A stretch of DNA of 64,000 nt from positions 1-64,000 of the forward strand of contig JBEGVH010000021.1 in NCBI GenBank assembly GCA_041178425.1, in the 5' to 3' direction. The notes beneath the pieces are model-generated. The model was given only the letters and a program-made list of their open reading frames with translations, was not told the DNA's origin and did no database searches. Numbering within the stretch: position 1 is the stretch's first letter; each line of letters opens with the position of its first letter. This DNA comes from Pseudomonadota bacterium. Its GTDB lineage: Bacteria > Bdellovibrionota > Bdellovibrionia > Bdellovibrionales > Bdellovibrionaceae. Positions 27,270 to 36,444 of the stretch are shown here, piece after piece. Both the position numbers and the translations under genes were made by a program.

Positions 27270-29102
27270 ATGAATCGTCAACTCCATCGGATAGACATAC
27301 GGGCTCTGTTCTTACTATCCCTGCTTATTGGGTTGTCGGTATTTTTGCCGCAGGCGAAAGCCACCACAGAAAATGATCTCCTGAGCTACGAAGGTTATCT
27401 TACCTCAACCGACGACACACCTTTAAGTGGAACTTTCAAAGTCAAAGTGACTTTCTATGATAGCCTCGCTGCGAATTGCACCATCAAAACCATTGAAGAT
27501 CTCTCCATCACACCAAACGCACTCGATGGTTATTTTAATCTCACGTTTGGATCGGCAAGCGATCCCAACTTTACTAAAATATTTAGCACTGCTATTGTTG
27601 GCACCCCTTGCGCTGAAACTGGTGCTACTAACATACAAGTCCCCGCGGCAGCGATGAAGATACAAATCTCAAAGGATAACGGCACCACCTACGAAACCCT
27701 CGATGGCGTTGTTGCTATTAAGAGCGTTCCTCGAGCAGTTCAAGCCACCTACCTCGGAAGTAAAACAGAAGCTGATCTTATTGCCAAACCGAGTTCTCCA
27801 GGATTGGGCTCTTTTCTCAAATGGAACGGTACCTCATCAAAATGGGACAATTTCGTTTTTCCAACTTGCGACCAGAACGAATCGCTTCGCTACAATTTTA
27901 ACCCAATCTCTACTGACTCTTGGACTTGCGAAGCAATCGATGACACATCTAAACTACCACTAGCAGGTGGCGCATTAACTGGCGCATTAACTATAAGCTC
28001 TGGAGGCCTAACCGTCAGCGCCGGAGGCCTAACCGTTTCGAGTGGCAATATTAATGCGAACACTGGCACGATTAATAATGTCGGCCACTTGTTGATGAGC
28101 GATTCAGGCTACCTAAAGCTATCTTCGCACAGCTCGGAGCCCAGTTTAACGGGTGATGCCGGTAAAACCTGGTATCGATCTGACAATAAAAGCATTCAAT
28201 ACTACGACGGATCCGCGAAACGAACCCTTGCCACAACAGATACAAAAATGTTTAGCCTCAATGGCCTCGATGGCAAGGAACAAACCTTTGCCACCCAGGT
28301 GACTAACACCGGCACAGTTCCAGACTGGAATTCCACTGGAACGACTCATACCTTGCAAATCCCCATGGCTTCAGGAACAGGTGTCACCGCCGGCCTCCTA
28401 AGTAAGTCCGACTACGACACGTTCAGCGGCCATGTGTCTTCGCAATGGACGACCATTCCATCTCCCAATCCAGGCATCTACTATAACTCAGGCCAAGTGG
28501 CCATCGGCACTAACACCCCAGATACGGCTGCCAAAGTTACCATTCTCGATGATAGTGACACTACCAATCAGTGGCTACTGAAGGCGGGCATTTCAGAGGA
28601 TATGCAAAATTCTGCTGGCTTCCTGAGGGGAACTAATAGCAATGTTCTTTTAGATATTAAAAAAGACAATGCCAGTTCAATAAGATTAAACCCAGGATCT
28701 GGTGAAGCAAGCTACATCCAACAAGGCAAGTTAGGGATCGGCACAATAACTCCCGACAGCACATTGACTGTTGTTGGGGATTTTCGGATTAAAGACAACT
28801 ACGATAACGATTCAGAAGAGATCGATTTTTCAACGAGTAATTATCAGTACACGGATGATCACTGCGACGGTAAAATAAAACTTAAAAACCTTAAATCTGG
28901 GGGCTCCTACTTTTTAGCACTGCAAGCCCTCAATGATACCGGAACCTGTGCCTTCGAAACTTCTGGTGATAATAAACCGACTTTAAAGCCGCTTGCGGGT
29001 CATACCCTATCCATAAGCCGGAATAACCAAGAAGGCCTCGTAGATATTCATGTAATCGGAAATACCGCCTACTTCCGCTATCGAGTAGTGGATCCACCAT
29101 AA
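27270..29102 (+). CDS. Secreted fibre-like adhesin (MAT-type) without S74 domain
   Basis: Signal peptide, LSYEGYLT N-terminal domain ending in SVPRAVQA, KLPLAGG, GQVAIGTNTP and GKLGIGTITP motifs, distinct C-terminal head (IDFSTSNYQY...). Confidence 0.8.
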   Translation: MNRQLHRIDIRALFLLSLLIGLSVFLPQAKATTENDLLSYEGYLTSTDDTPLSGTFKVKVTFYDSLAANCTIKTIEDLSITPNALDGYFNLTFGSASDPNFTKIFSTAIVGTPCAETGATNIQVPAAAMKIQISKDNGTTYETLDGVVAIKSVPRAVQATYLGSKTEADLIAKPSSPGLGSFLKWNGTSSKWDNFVFPTCDQNESLRYNFNPISTDSWTCEAIDDTSKLPLAGGALTGALTISSGGLTVSAGGLTVSSGNINANTGTINNVGHLLMSDSGYLKLSSHSSEPSLTGDAGKTWYRSDNKSIQYYDGSAKRTLATTDTKMFSLNGLDGKEQTFATQVTNTGTVPDWNSTGTTHTLQIPMASGTGVTAGLLSKSDYDTFSGHVSSQWTTIPSPNPGIYYNSGQVAIGTNTPDTAAKVTILDDSDTTNQWLLKAGISEDMQNSAGFLRGTNSNVLLDIKKDNASSIRLNPGSGEASYIQQGKLGIGTITPDSTLTVVGDFRIKDNYDNDSEEIDFSTSNYQYTDDHCDGKIKLKNLKSGGSYFLALQALNDTGTCAFETSGDNKPTLKPLAGHTLSISRNNQEGLVDIHVIGNTAYFRYRVVDPP

Positions 29103-29216
29103 TTATTTTATCGCTCCTAATTTTCCCTAAAGGGCCAGATGCCTCAAAATGAAACGCCCTATCGTTTTTTTTTCCATCTTCAAAAGAATAGGGTAATCTA
29201 GATATGTGGGGAGATA

Positions 29217-30005
29217 ATGATGAACACTGCTAGCACATATCATAAAAATATGTTTTCAGTTCTTTTTGTATTTCTTTTTTCAGCTCCAACCTTTGCTCTC
29301 ACTGACGCTGAAAAAGTTGTGATCTTGCAGAGAATGCAGAATGCGAAGAATCCTCAAAATGCGAAGGAGCGGATTAAAAATCTTGATAAACAACAACAAA
29401 AATTCGCGAAGCAACTCATGGAAGTAGATACCGAAATTGCTTACTTTCAGACGCAAAAGACCAAAGAATGCACTGACGCAAGTAAACCTTGCCCCTGGGA
29501 TGATGTGATCAAAGGCACACAAGAAAAGCGAGATCAAATTGCCGCCAAGCTTGGCAATTCTAATGAAAAAGAGGGTGAGGTTTGCTCCGCTAAATTAAAG
29601 CGTCTCACCAATCAAAATGAACGCTGGTCTAAAATTGTGAGCGAACTTCAACCCGAAAAAGATAAAGTGAATGCAATCGACGAAGCCATTGAATCACTCA
29701 GAAAATTAAAAAAAAACACAGATGCTAAATACAAAGATGACTTTCAAAAAGCCCTCGACCAAAAACAAAAAGAACGCAATAAAGCCCAAAATGAATTTCG
29801 GAAGAAATTTGAAAAAGCGGTCGGTAACGATTTAAAAGATATCCCCGATTTTAAAACGGCGAAAGAACACTTGGCTCGCGTTCAAAAGCAACAAGGTGAA
29901 GTCAAAGGTATTTGCGGAGATGTGGTAGACGTCAACGGCACACCAACGCCGACAGTAACGCCAACACCCACTCCTGATCCAGGCAGCAGTTCCGGCAGTC
30001 GGTAA
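29217..30005 (+). CDS. Secreted Lys/Glu-rich coiled-coil protein with Pro/Thr tail
   Basis: Signal peptide (APTFA), helical composition, TPTPTVTPTPTP tail. Confidence 0.7.
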   Translation: MMNTASTYHKNMFSVLFVFLFSAPTFALTDAEKVVILQRMQNAKNPQNAKERIKNLDKQQQKFAKQLMEVDTEIAYFQTQKTKECTDASKPCPWDDVIKGTQEKRDQIAAKLGNSNEKEGEVCSAKLKRLTNQNERWSKIVSELQPEKDKVNAIDEAIESLRKLKKNTDAKYKDDFQKALDQKQKERNKAQNEFRKKFEKAVGNDLKDIPDFKTAKEHLARVQKQQGEVKGICGDVVDVNGTPTPTVTPTPTPDPGSSSGSR

Positions 30006-30041
30006 ACGCTCTTTTCGATGAAGCACTAACACTGGCCTTGT

Positions 30042-30075
30042 GTGAGGAATTTTCGGCTCGTCCGAAATTCCTCAC
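30042..30075. terminator. Stem-loop downstream of the 29217 ORF
   Basis: GTGAGGAATTT...AAATTCCTCAC inverted repeat. Confidence 0.5.
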
Positions 30076-30203
30076 GAGTCAAAATAGCCCAGCTCTCCCC
30101 TATTAACATCGAGTAATTCCTTGAGCGCTTTGACCCCTGCGGGTCGGGTGCGCTAGGGTCGTATTCGAAGACTTAATAATTTTTAATAAACCTAACAGAA
30201 AGG

Positions 30204-30557
30204 ATGTTTCAAATGGCTTACGTAGTATGTTGGCTTGACTCTCACGATGCAAAAATATTTAATTTTTCTGCAGACGCAGTAAATAAAAATGAACTACACA
30301 TTAAAAAAGAAGATCACGGTGTTGATCATTTTTATCACCGAGTCGCAGAGGCTCTCACTCCGGCTTTCGAGATTCTGATTGTTGGCCCTGGCACTGCTAA
30401 AAATCAATTTATGCACCACTTACAAGCCCACCGTGTGCATGGCGCGCTCATAAACAAAATTAAAGGTGTTGAAAACATGGATCACCCGACTGATAACCAA
30501 ATCGTCGCTAACGCGCGTAAGTTTTTTCATCACCTCGAAGTGTTTAAATCAATTTAA
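30204..30557 (+). CDS. Small aeRF1/Pelota-like domain protein
   Basis: WLDSHDAKIF, EILIVGPGTAKNQF and DHPTDNQIVANARKFF pattern. Confidence 0.7.
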   Translation: MFQMAYVVCWLDSHDAKIFNFSADAVNKNELHIKKEDHGVDHFYHRVAEALTPAFEILIVGPGTAKNQFMHHLQAHRVHGALINKIKGVENMDHPTDNQIVANARKFFHHLEVFKSI

Positions 30558-30582
30558 TTGATTGCCCACCAAGGTGACTAAG

Positions 30583-30622
30583 AAAAAAGGCGAAGTTCCG
30601 ATTGGACTTCGCCTTTTGTTTT
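30583..30622. terminator. Bidirectional intrinsic terminator
   Basis: AAAAGGCGAAGT...ACTTCGCCTTTT with A and T tails, between convergent genes. Confidence 0.8.
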
Positions 30623-30658
30623 AAAGGTGTTTGCTTGAGCTCATTGTTCTGAACGATT

Positions 30659-31090
30659 TTATTTATTCAATAAATACTGATAGGCAGTGGCGTAATAGTG
30701 AATCTGCTTTACCATCGCCTGCAAACCATTGGCTCTGCTCGGAGAAAGATGACTCTCAAGCCCTAGATCTTTTAAAAATTGGGGCGGGGTTTGTAAAATT
30801 TCTGCTGGAGCGAGATCTTGATAAACGGCCAACACCAAAGCCACAAGACCCTTAACGATGAGGGCATCACTATCCGCAGAAAAATGAAGAGTTTTGTCTG
30901 AATTTAAACTCACAGCAAGCCAAACCTGACTCTGACAACCCTTGATTTTATTATCATCTGTTTGAAGAGTCACATCCATCGAGGGTAAGGCTTTACCCAT
31001 CTCAATCAGAGACTTGTATCGCTCTTCCCATGGTCCTAATTCGTTAAACTTACTGATGAGTGTGGCAATTCTATTTTTGGCTTGTTCCAT
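30659..31090 (-). CDS. sufE: SufE family Fe-S sulfur acceptor
   Basis: WEERYKSLIEMGK, IKGCQSQVW, DSDALIVKGL and LSPSRANGL motifs. Confidence 0.92.
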   Translation of the reverse strand: MEQAKNRIATLISKFNELGPWEERYKSLIEMGKALPSMDVTLQTDDNKIKGCQSQVWLAVSLNSDKTLHFSADSDALIVKGLVALVLAVYQDLAPAEILQTPPQFLKDLGLESHLSPSRANGLQAMVKQIHYYATAYQYLLNK

Positions 31091-31226
31091 AGCTGGAGAT
31101 CTCCACTATATTCACTCTAAAGTCCAATGTCTTCTTTTGAGACACTAAGTTTTATTCACCTGTCAGGCCCAAACCGTAATTTCTTCCGAAGACCCCTCTT
31201 TAAAAGACCAAAAACTCCTCGGCAAC

Positions 31227-31242
31227 TGGCCTCTCCCTTGCA
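31227..31242 (+). promoter_or_regulatory. Putative sigma54 promoter
   Basis: TGGC-N7-TTGCA (GG-N10-GC), about 30 nt upstream of ATG 31272. Confidence 0.65.
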
Positions 31243-31271
31243 CTTATTATAAGCAAAGAGCGGAGGAGCTT

Positions 31272-31562
31272 ATGAAACAACAAAACTCAAAACTCAAAGG
31301 TTTTATCGCAACAATGATCACCAGCATGAGCTTAATTACTTTTGCTTCCCAAACTGCAATGGCCCAAGACTATACCTTCCGGTTCTCGCTCAATGGTGAA
31401 GTATGGGAGCACCCCGTCAGCGCTGAGAGTTGGAAAGAAGCTTATGATAAGGCCAGCGATGCTTGTTTTAGCCATTACACAGGTTGGTCAGGATTGGGCC
31501 GAGTGAAAGTCGACGAAGACACTGCTAATGCCCTGCTTAATACTTGCACTAACCCTCGATAA
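31272..31562 (+). CDS. Small secreted protein with a Cys pair
   Basis: GGAGGAG RBS, signal peptide AMA-Q, ACFSHY and C-terminal CTNPR. Confidence 0.75.
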   Translation: MKQQNSKLKGFIATMITSMSLITFASQTAMAQDYTFRFSLNGEVWEHPVSAESWKEAYDKASDACFSHYTGWSGLGRVKVDEDTANALLNTCTNPR

Positions 31563-31643
31563 GCTTTGTCATTAACCTTGATTTTTCCGCTCTTTTCCAC
31601 CAAAGCTAGAGTCTGTGACTATTTTTAAATAAAGAGGCGATTC

Positions 31644-31868
31644 ATGGGAATGCTCAGCAAAATTGGTGATTTTCTTTTCGGTAAAGCTCCCGAGATTTTC
31701 GATAACAAGGGTGAGGTTTCTCACAAACTCACAAAACGAACTTGGGATGCATGGAATAACCGCATCAAAATGAATCCAGAATACAACTGGAGAAACCATG
31801 TGGGTCTTCGAACAGAAACTCCAGGGTCTGTCCCCAGCGCTACTGAAAACGACATTTCAAATAATTAA
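31644..31868 (+). CDS. Small hypothetical protein
   Basis: GAGG RBS and protein-like sequence (PEIFDNKGEVSHKL...YNWRNH). Confidence 0.6.
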   Translation: MGMLSKIGDFLFGKAPEIFDNKGEVSHKLTKRTWDAWNNRIKMNPEYNWRNHVGLRTETPGSVPSATENDISNN

Positions 31869-31871
31869 AAT

Positions 31872-32450
31872 CTAGTATTTGAACTCAAGACCAATTGGGG
31901 GAACTCCGACAACAATTCCCTCTTTTGAAATCTTTCTGTGGGCCAAGGCCTGAGTGGCTTCACCCAGGTTCACCACTAAACTCATAAATATCAAAATAGA
32001 ACCCAAAACCCATCGTGGCTTCGGTGTGAACGCGCGCTCCTGTATTTGCACCACTCGGGTCTCAGCAAGGATGTCTCCTAGATGCTGACGGTCGCGATGC
32101 AACAGGGCCATTAAAAAAATTGAGGGTCCTAGTATATATTTGAACTGAGCAAATAAAACTCTAATGACTGTTTGCGAGAGTCCGATTCCCATCTCTGGAT
32201 GGTAGGTGCTCAGAATTCGGAGCCCCAAAAATGCCTGAGCAGGCAACGCCTGGAGCATGTAAATGCAAATCACCTCATAGGCCATTCGCGATAACCAGCA
32301 AGCAAAAAATAACTTCCATGAGATCACAATCGAATGCCCTTTTCCCATTTGTGCAAAGGCACTCACGATCAATGGCACCAAAAATACCATCCCTAAAATT
32401 TCGTCTATAGCGTGAGCCAGCATGCGCCGAAATGTTCCTGCGACATTCAT
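31872..32450 (-). CDS. RDD family membrane protein
   Basis: RRMLAHAID, GLRI and RQHLGDILAETRVV motifs. Confidence 0.85.
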   Translation of the reverse strand: MNVAGTFRRMLAHAIDEILGMVFLVPLIVSAFAQMGKGHSIVISWKLFFACWLSRMAYEVICIYMLQALPAQAFLGLRILSTYHPEMGIGLSQTVIRVLFAQFKYILGPSIFLMALLHRDRQHLGDILAETRVVQIQERAFTPKPRWVLGSILIFMSLVVNLGEATQALAHRKISKEGIVVGVPPIGLEFKY

Positions 32451-32457
32451 GTGAACC

Positions 32458-33711
32458 TCATTTTTTTGCGTTCTCTGCTAACCATCGAAGAGCGCCGGCT
32501 CGATCAACCAGCACCCCTTCATAGTGGAGATAAAGACACTCTTTTAAAATTAATCCACGCCGTTCTGGCGCAACCCCCTCAACATCTCGACCGGTGAGCA
32601 ATGGCTGCAAGGGCACCTCACGACTCCACCGTTGGGCCTCAGCTAAAAGATCCTTCGGCCAGGCGCTCAGCTGATCAGCGGCCTCTAAAACCAAGCCAAA
32701 CTCTTTTGATTGCGATAAATAAGCCCGAACACCCAATCGCAACTGGTCCCACAGCGGGCCCCAAGCGAGAACAGCGCCTACGTCTCTTACCATTTGAGAG
32801 TCTTTGCGAGAGAGCGAAAAACGTACCGTCAAGTCACTTACTTTTTCTAAATAATTTTTATTAAACTTCCATTCGGTGTCTGAAACACGCTCCAGGGCCT
32901 CTCGACAGAGAGTAGGTTGAAAATTGAGTAACCAGGGAGCTAACAACCATCCTACTTCGTGATGTCCAACCAAAGATAAAAGCTGGGGCATTTGATCAGA
33001 GAGCTCTTGTAAAGGCCAATGAGGAAACAAGACGGAACACAGGTTCCATTGCATGAATCCCCTGAACGCTTTTTCAGAATCGGCGTCAATGGCTTTAGTT
33101 ATCTCAACTCTCAGTCGCTCCCCACTCACCTGAGCCACGCAAGTTAGCTTTTCTTGCGCCGCACGTGCGGTCTTAGGTTCAACCGTAAAGCCTAACTGAC
33201 ACGAAAATCGGAGTAATCGGAGGATGCGTAAGTAATCTTCAGAAAATCGAATCAAGGGATCACCAACGGCCCTCAAGACTTGCTTTTGAATATCGGCCTG
33301 ACCACCCACAAAATCGAGGATTTTTTGATTTTTTAAATCGTAAAACAAAGCATTCACAGTGAAATCTCGGCGAGCGGCATCCTCCTCCGGGCCCGCAAAC
33401 CGAACAAAATTGGGATGCCGACCATCAAGGTAAGCGCCATCACTTCTGAATCGGGCCACCTCAAACTCAAAGCCATCTATCAACACCCGAACGATGCCGA
33501 ACTGCACACCTACCGGAACTGTTTTCTCAAAAAGCTTTTGCACCTGATCGACTGATGCATCAGTCACAACATCCAAATCTTTGTAACTTCGCCCTAAAAG
33601 GGCATCTCGCACACAGCCACCCGCAAGAAAAACCTGGTGTCCCGCCGCCCAAAGGCGCTCGGCAATTTTTTTTAATGCCCTCCCCTGAGGGCCTTCGAAA
33701 AAATCAATCAT
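32458..33711 (-). CDS. CCA-adding / poly(A) polymerase family tRNA nucleotidyltransferase
   Basis: GGCVRD, DLDVVTD, RRDFTVNALFY and EDYLRILR motifs. Likely start ATG 33711. Confidence 0.9.
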   Translation of the reverse strand: MIDFFEGPQGRALKKIAERLWAAGHQVFLAGGCVRDALLGRSYKDLDVVTDASVDQVQKLFEKTVPVGVQFGIVRVLIDGFEFEVARFRSDGAYLDGRHPNFVRFAGPEEDAARRDFTVNALFYDLKNQKILDFVGGQADIQKQVLRAVGDPLIRFSEDYLRILRLLRFSCQLGFTVEPKTARAAQEKLTCVAQVSGERLRVEITKAIDADSEKAFRGFMQWNLCSVLFPHWPLQELSDQMPQLLSLVGHHEVGWLLAPWLLNFQPTLCREALERVSDTEWKFNKNYLEKVSDLTVRFSLSRKDSQMVRDVGAVLAWGPLWDQLRLGVRAYLSQSKEFGLVLEAADQLSAWPKDLLAEAQRWSREVPLQPLLTGRDVEGVAPERRGLILKECLYLHYEGVLVDRAGALRWLAENAKK

Positions 33712-33865
33712 CTTGCTCTCTATTTGATGGTAGATTGCATGACAATTCAAGGATGAATATTCTTCTTGCCGCTCAATATTCTCTTCAAACAAAGCACTAA
33801 AATGTCATAGAATCATCATTGAAAACAATCACCAAAATGATCTAGGGCAAATTGAGAAGAACTAC

Positions 33866-34918
33866 ATGACCAATCAAATGTACCACCAAAGCCTTCGGCA
33901 AACGATGGCCGAAAACGGAATCACGCACTTCGGTTGGACAAAACTAACCCGCCCTCTCTCAATGCATTTTTACACCGACTGGATTGAGAAAGGCCATCAT
34001 GTCGATATGGCCTATTTAAAAGAACATTTACAGAAAAAAGAGGATCCTCTGCTCGCCAAACCTGCACGATCGGCCATAGTCTTAGCGATCCCCTATTTTC
34101 CGCATCCGTGGCCAGACGCGAACCAATATAAAAATTCTGTCGCCCTCTATGCTCGCGGAAAAGACTATCACCACGAGATTCCCAACTTACTGACGCCCAT
34201 TTTAAACAAACTCAAGGTCGATTTTCCGGGAGAGACTTTTCAGGTTTTTACCGACTCCGCACCAATTTTAGAGCGAGATCTCGCCTACCGCGCGGGCCTT
34301 GGATGGATTGGCAAAAACACCTGCCTTATTCATACCAAAAAAGGCTCTCTCTTTTTTTTAGCCGAAATCTATACAACACTCGAATTAATCAACGAGGCTT
34401 CTTGGAGCTCTGATTTTTGTGGAAAATGCACCAAATGCATTGATGCTTGTCCAACGCAGGCCCTCACTGGCCAGAGGGAACTTATTCCCAATCGCTGCAT
34501 TTCATACTGGACTATCGAAGCCAAAAGCTTGCCCCCTGAATCGCTTCGACCCCATTTTAGAGATTGGCTCTTTGGTTGTGATATCTGTCAGACCGTTTGC
34601 CCCTGGAACCAAAAGCCACTCGATGGCTTTTTAAATCAACCTAAAACGCCGGAACTCGAGAAAATCGAAGAGCTTCGTTGGATACTGACAACATCGCGAA
34701 AGGAATTGGCGCGGCATTTTCAAAACACCCCGCTCGCACGAGCCGCAGGATGGAAACTCCAAAGAAACGCGATCATCGTAGCTACAAATCAGCGTCATAA
34801 GGAATTAATGTCAGAGATTGAAATTCACCGTAGCGATTCAAAATTAACGGAACTCGTTGAATGGTCGCTAGAAATTCTAAGAAAGATCAATGCAACCCGT
34901 TCAACTCCAAATATTTAA
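33866..34918 (+). CDS. queG: Epoxyqueuosine reductase
   Basis: YARGKDYH, DSAPILER, GLGWIGKN, CGKCTKCIDACPT, CISYWTIE and GCDICQTVCPWN motifs. Confidence 0.93.
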   Translation: MTNQMYHQSLRQTMAENGITHFGWTKLTRPLSMHFYTDWIEKGHHVDMAYLKEHLQKKEDPLLAKPARSAIVLAIPYFPHPWPDANQYKNSVALYARGKDYHHEIPNLLTPILNKLKVDFPGETFQVFTDSAPILERDLAYRAGLGWIGKNTCLIHTKKGSLFFLAEIYTTLELINEASWSSDFCGKCTKCIDACPTQALTGQRELIPNRCISYWTIEAKSLPPESLRPHFRDWLFGCDICQTVCPWNQKPLDGFLNQPKTPELEKIEELRWILTTSRKELARHFQNTPLARAAGWKLQRNAIIVATNQRHKELMSEIEIHRSDSKLTELVEWSLEILRKINATRSTPNI

Positions 34919-34938
34919 AAATAAATAATATTTAGTTA

Positions 34939-35478
34939 TCAGACGACACCCAGTTTTTTCAGGAGATCATCGATTTCTGATTGATTGGCCTGCTGCGAAG
35001 AACCAGTTGCTTTAGAGGCAACCGTTGCACGCACATCCCCTTTAAATTGGGCATTGATCCAGCTAAGTCTTTCAAGAAAGGTTTTGGTCAGCAATTGACT
35101 CACGTTGAGCGCTTGTTCAGCATTGAGCATCTTGAGCATCTTTTGAAGCATTTCGGTAGCATCTAGGAGGAACGCGACACACACATTATAAAATGGTTCA
35201 TTATCGCGAATCTGTGACGCCTTATATCCAACTGATTTGCAAACCGCAGCATAGTCTCCAAACTGATGAAGCATATGTCCTGAGGGAAATTCTTCAGGAA
35301 AGGCCTGAGCTAAACTCTTTGCACCCCCCATCATTCGATCAACAATTTGTCCGTACTTATCAAGATTGGAAATGAACTTTGGATCTCCGTCAGCTTCCTG
35401 GAGCAACTCGAGGAGCTGATCGAGAAGAGTCTTTGACTCCGCCGTAAAATCTTCTAAAATTTCATTATCTATTGCCAT
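34939..35478 (-). CDS. Hpt/CheA-P1-like helical protein with CheZ-like C-terminal peptide
   Basis: IDNEILEDFTAESKTLL start, VDRMMGGA where Hpt domains have HxxKG, and C-terminal QSEIDDLLKKLGV. Confidence 0.65.
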   Translation of the reverse strand: MAIDNEILEDFTAESKTLLDQLLELLQEADGDPKFISNLDKYGQIVDRMMGGAKSLAQAFPEEFPSGHMLHQFGDYAAVCKSVGYKASQIRDNEPFYNVCVAFLLDATEMLQKMLKMLNAEQALNVSQLLTKTFLERLSWINAQFKGDVRATVASKATGSSQQANQSEIDDLLKKLGVV

Positions 35479-35492
35479 AGGAGAAGCTTACC

Positions 35493-36440
35493 ATGACCTC
35501 AAAATCGGATGCAATTGAGTATGTTCCTTTTCGAGTAAGCACACTTCGCGGCGATCAAAAAATTGATTTTGACGCTTACCTTAAAATTAACGAGAAATTC
35601 ATTCTTTACGTTCGTCGAGGTGATTCCTTCGAAGGCGATCGCATTAAAAAGTTAAAAGAGAAAAAGACAAAGCAAATGTTTTTGCGGCCCGAAGAGGAGC
35701 AACAATACCGACAGTATATTGAGCGCAATATTGAGATGGCCTACGATAAGAATTCGGGTAAAAGTATTGAAACCCGTAGCGAAATTATTCAAGGCGCACA
35801 ACAGAACTGCGCCGAAGAGGTATTTGAAAATCCAGGCAATGCAGCTTCGTACCAAGAAGCTAAAACCAGCATCGATCGCTATGTTAATTTTCTCCTCGAC
35901 GAAAACGGAGCCTTTCGCACAATCATGCAAATTGAAAACAGCGATGCCAGCATTGCCCATCACGGCGTGACTGTTGCCACCCTCTCGACAATGCTGATGA
36001 ATAAAATTCAATTTGACCCTAAACAAATTCCATTGATTGCTCTGGGTGGCCTTCTACACGATTTTGCTCACTACAGTAATGGCATCCAAATTAAGCGGCC
36101 CCTCAGCCAGTTTTCACAAGAAGAGCTAAAAACCTATAAACTTCATCCGGGCAATGGTGCCCAAGCCATCATGGACAAACGCCATATCGATCAATTGATA
36201 GTAAAGATTATTTTACAACACGAAGAATGCATTGATGGCAGCGGCTTTCCCAATGGATTTCGCGAAAAAGATATTGAGCCCGGAGCTGTCATTGTAGGCA
36301 CGGCGAATGCGCTCGATCGTCTTATTGCTTTTGAAGGAATGTCGAGAACAGAGGCGTGTAAACACCTCATGGTGAATAAAATCGGTCTCTATCCCCTTGA
36401 TTACATTCGTTACCTCAGTGAGGCCGTCAAAGACCTGTAG
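35493..36440 (+). CDS. HD-GYP domain protein
   Basis: HHG, GLLHDFAH, HP and ILQHEECIDGSGFP motifs. Confidence 0.85.
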   Translation: MTSKSDAIEYVPFRVSTLRGDQKIDFDAYLKINEKFILYVRRGDSFEGDRIKKLKEKKTKQMFLRPEEEQQYRQYIERNIEMAYDKNSGKSIETRSEIIQGAQQNCAEEVFENPGNAASYQEAKTSIDRYVNFLLDENGAFRTIMQIENSDASIAHHGVTVATLSTMLMNKIQFDPKQIPLIALGGLLHDFAHYSNGIQIKRPLSQFSQEELKTYKLHPGNGAQAIMDKRHIDQLIVKIILQHEECIDGSGFPNGFREKDIEPGAVIVGTANALDRLIAFEGMSRTEACKHLMVNKIGLYPLDYIRYLSEAVKDL

Positions 36441-36444
36441 ACGG

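Noticed and set aside
3114..29102. Prophage interpretation of the tail-fibre genes
   Set aside because: The fibres have Sec signal peptides and host-type promoters, and no capsid, terminase, portal or integrase genes are present.
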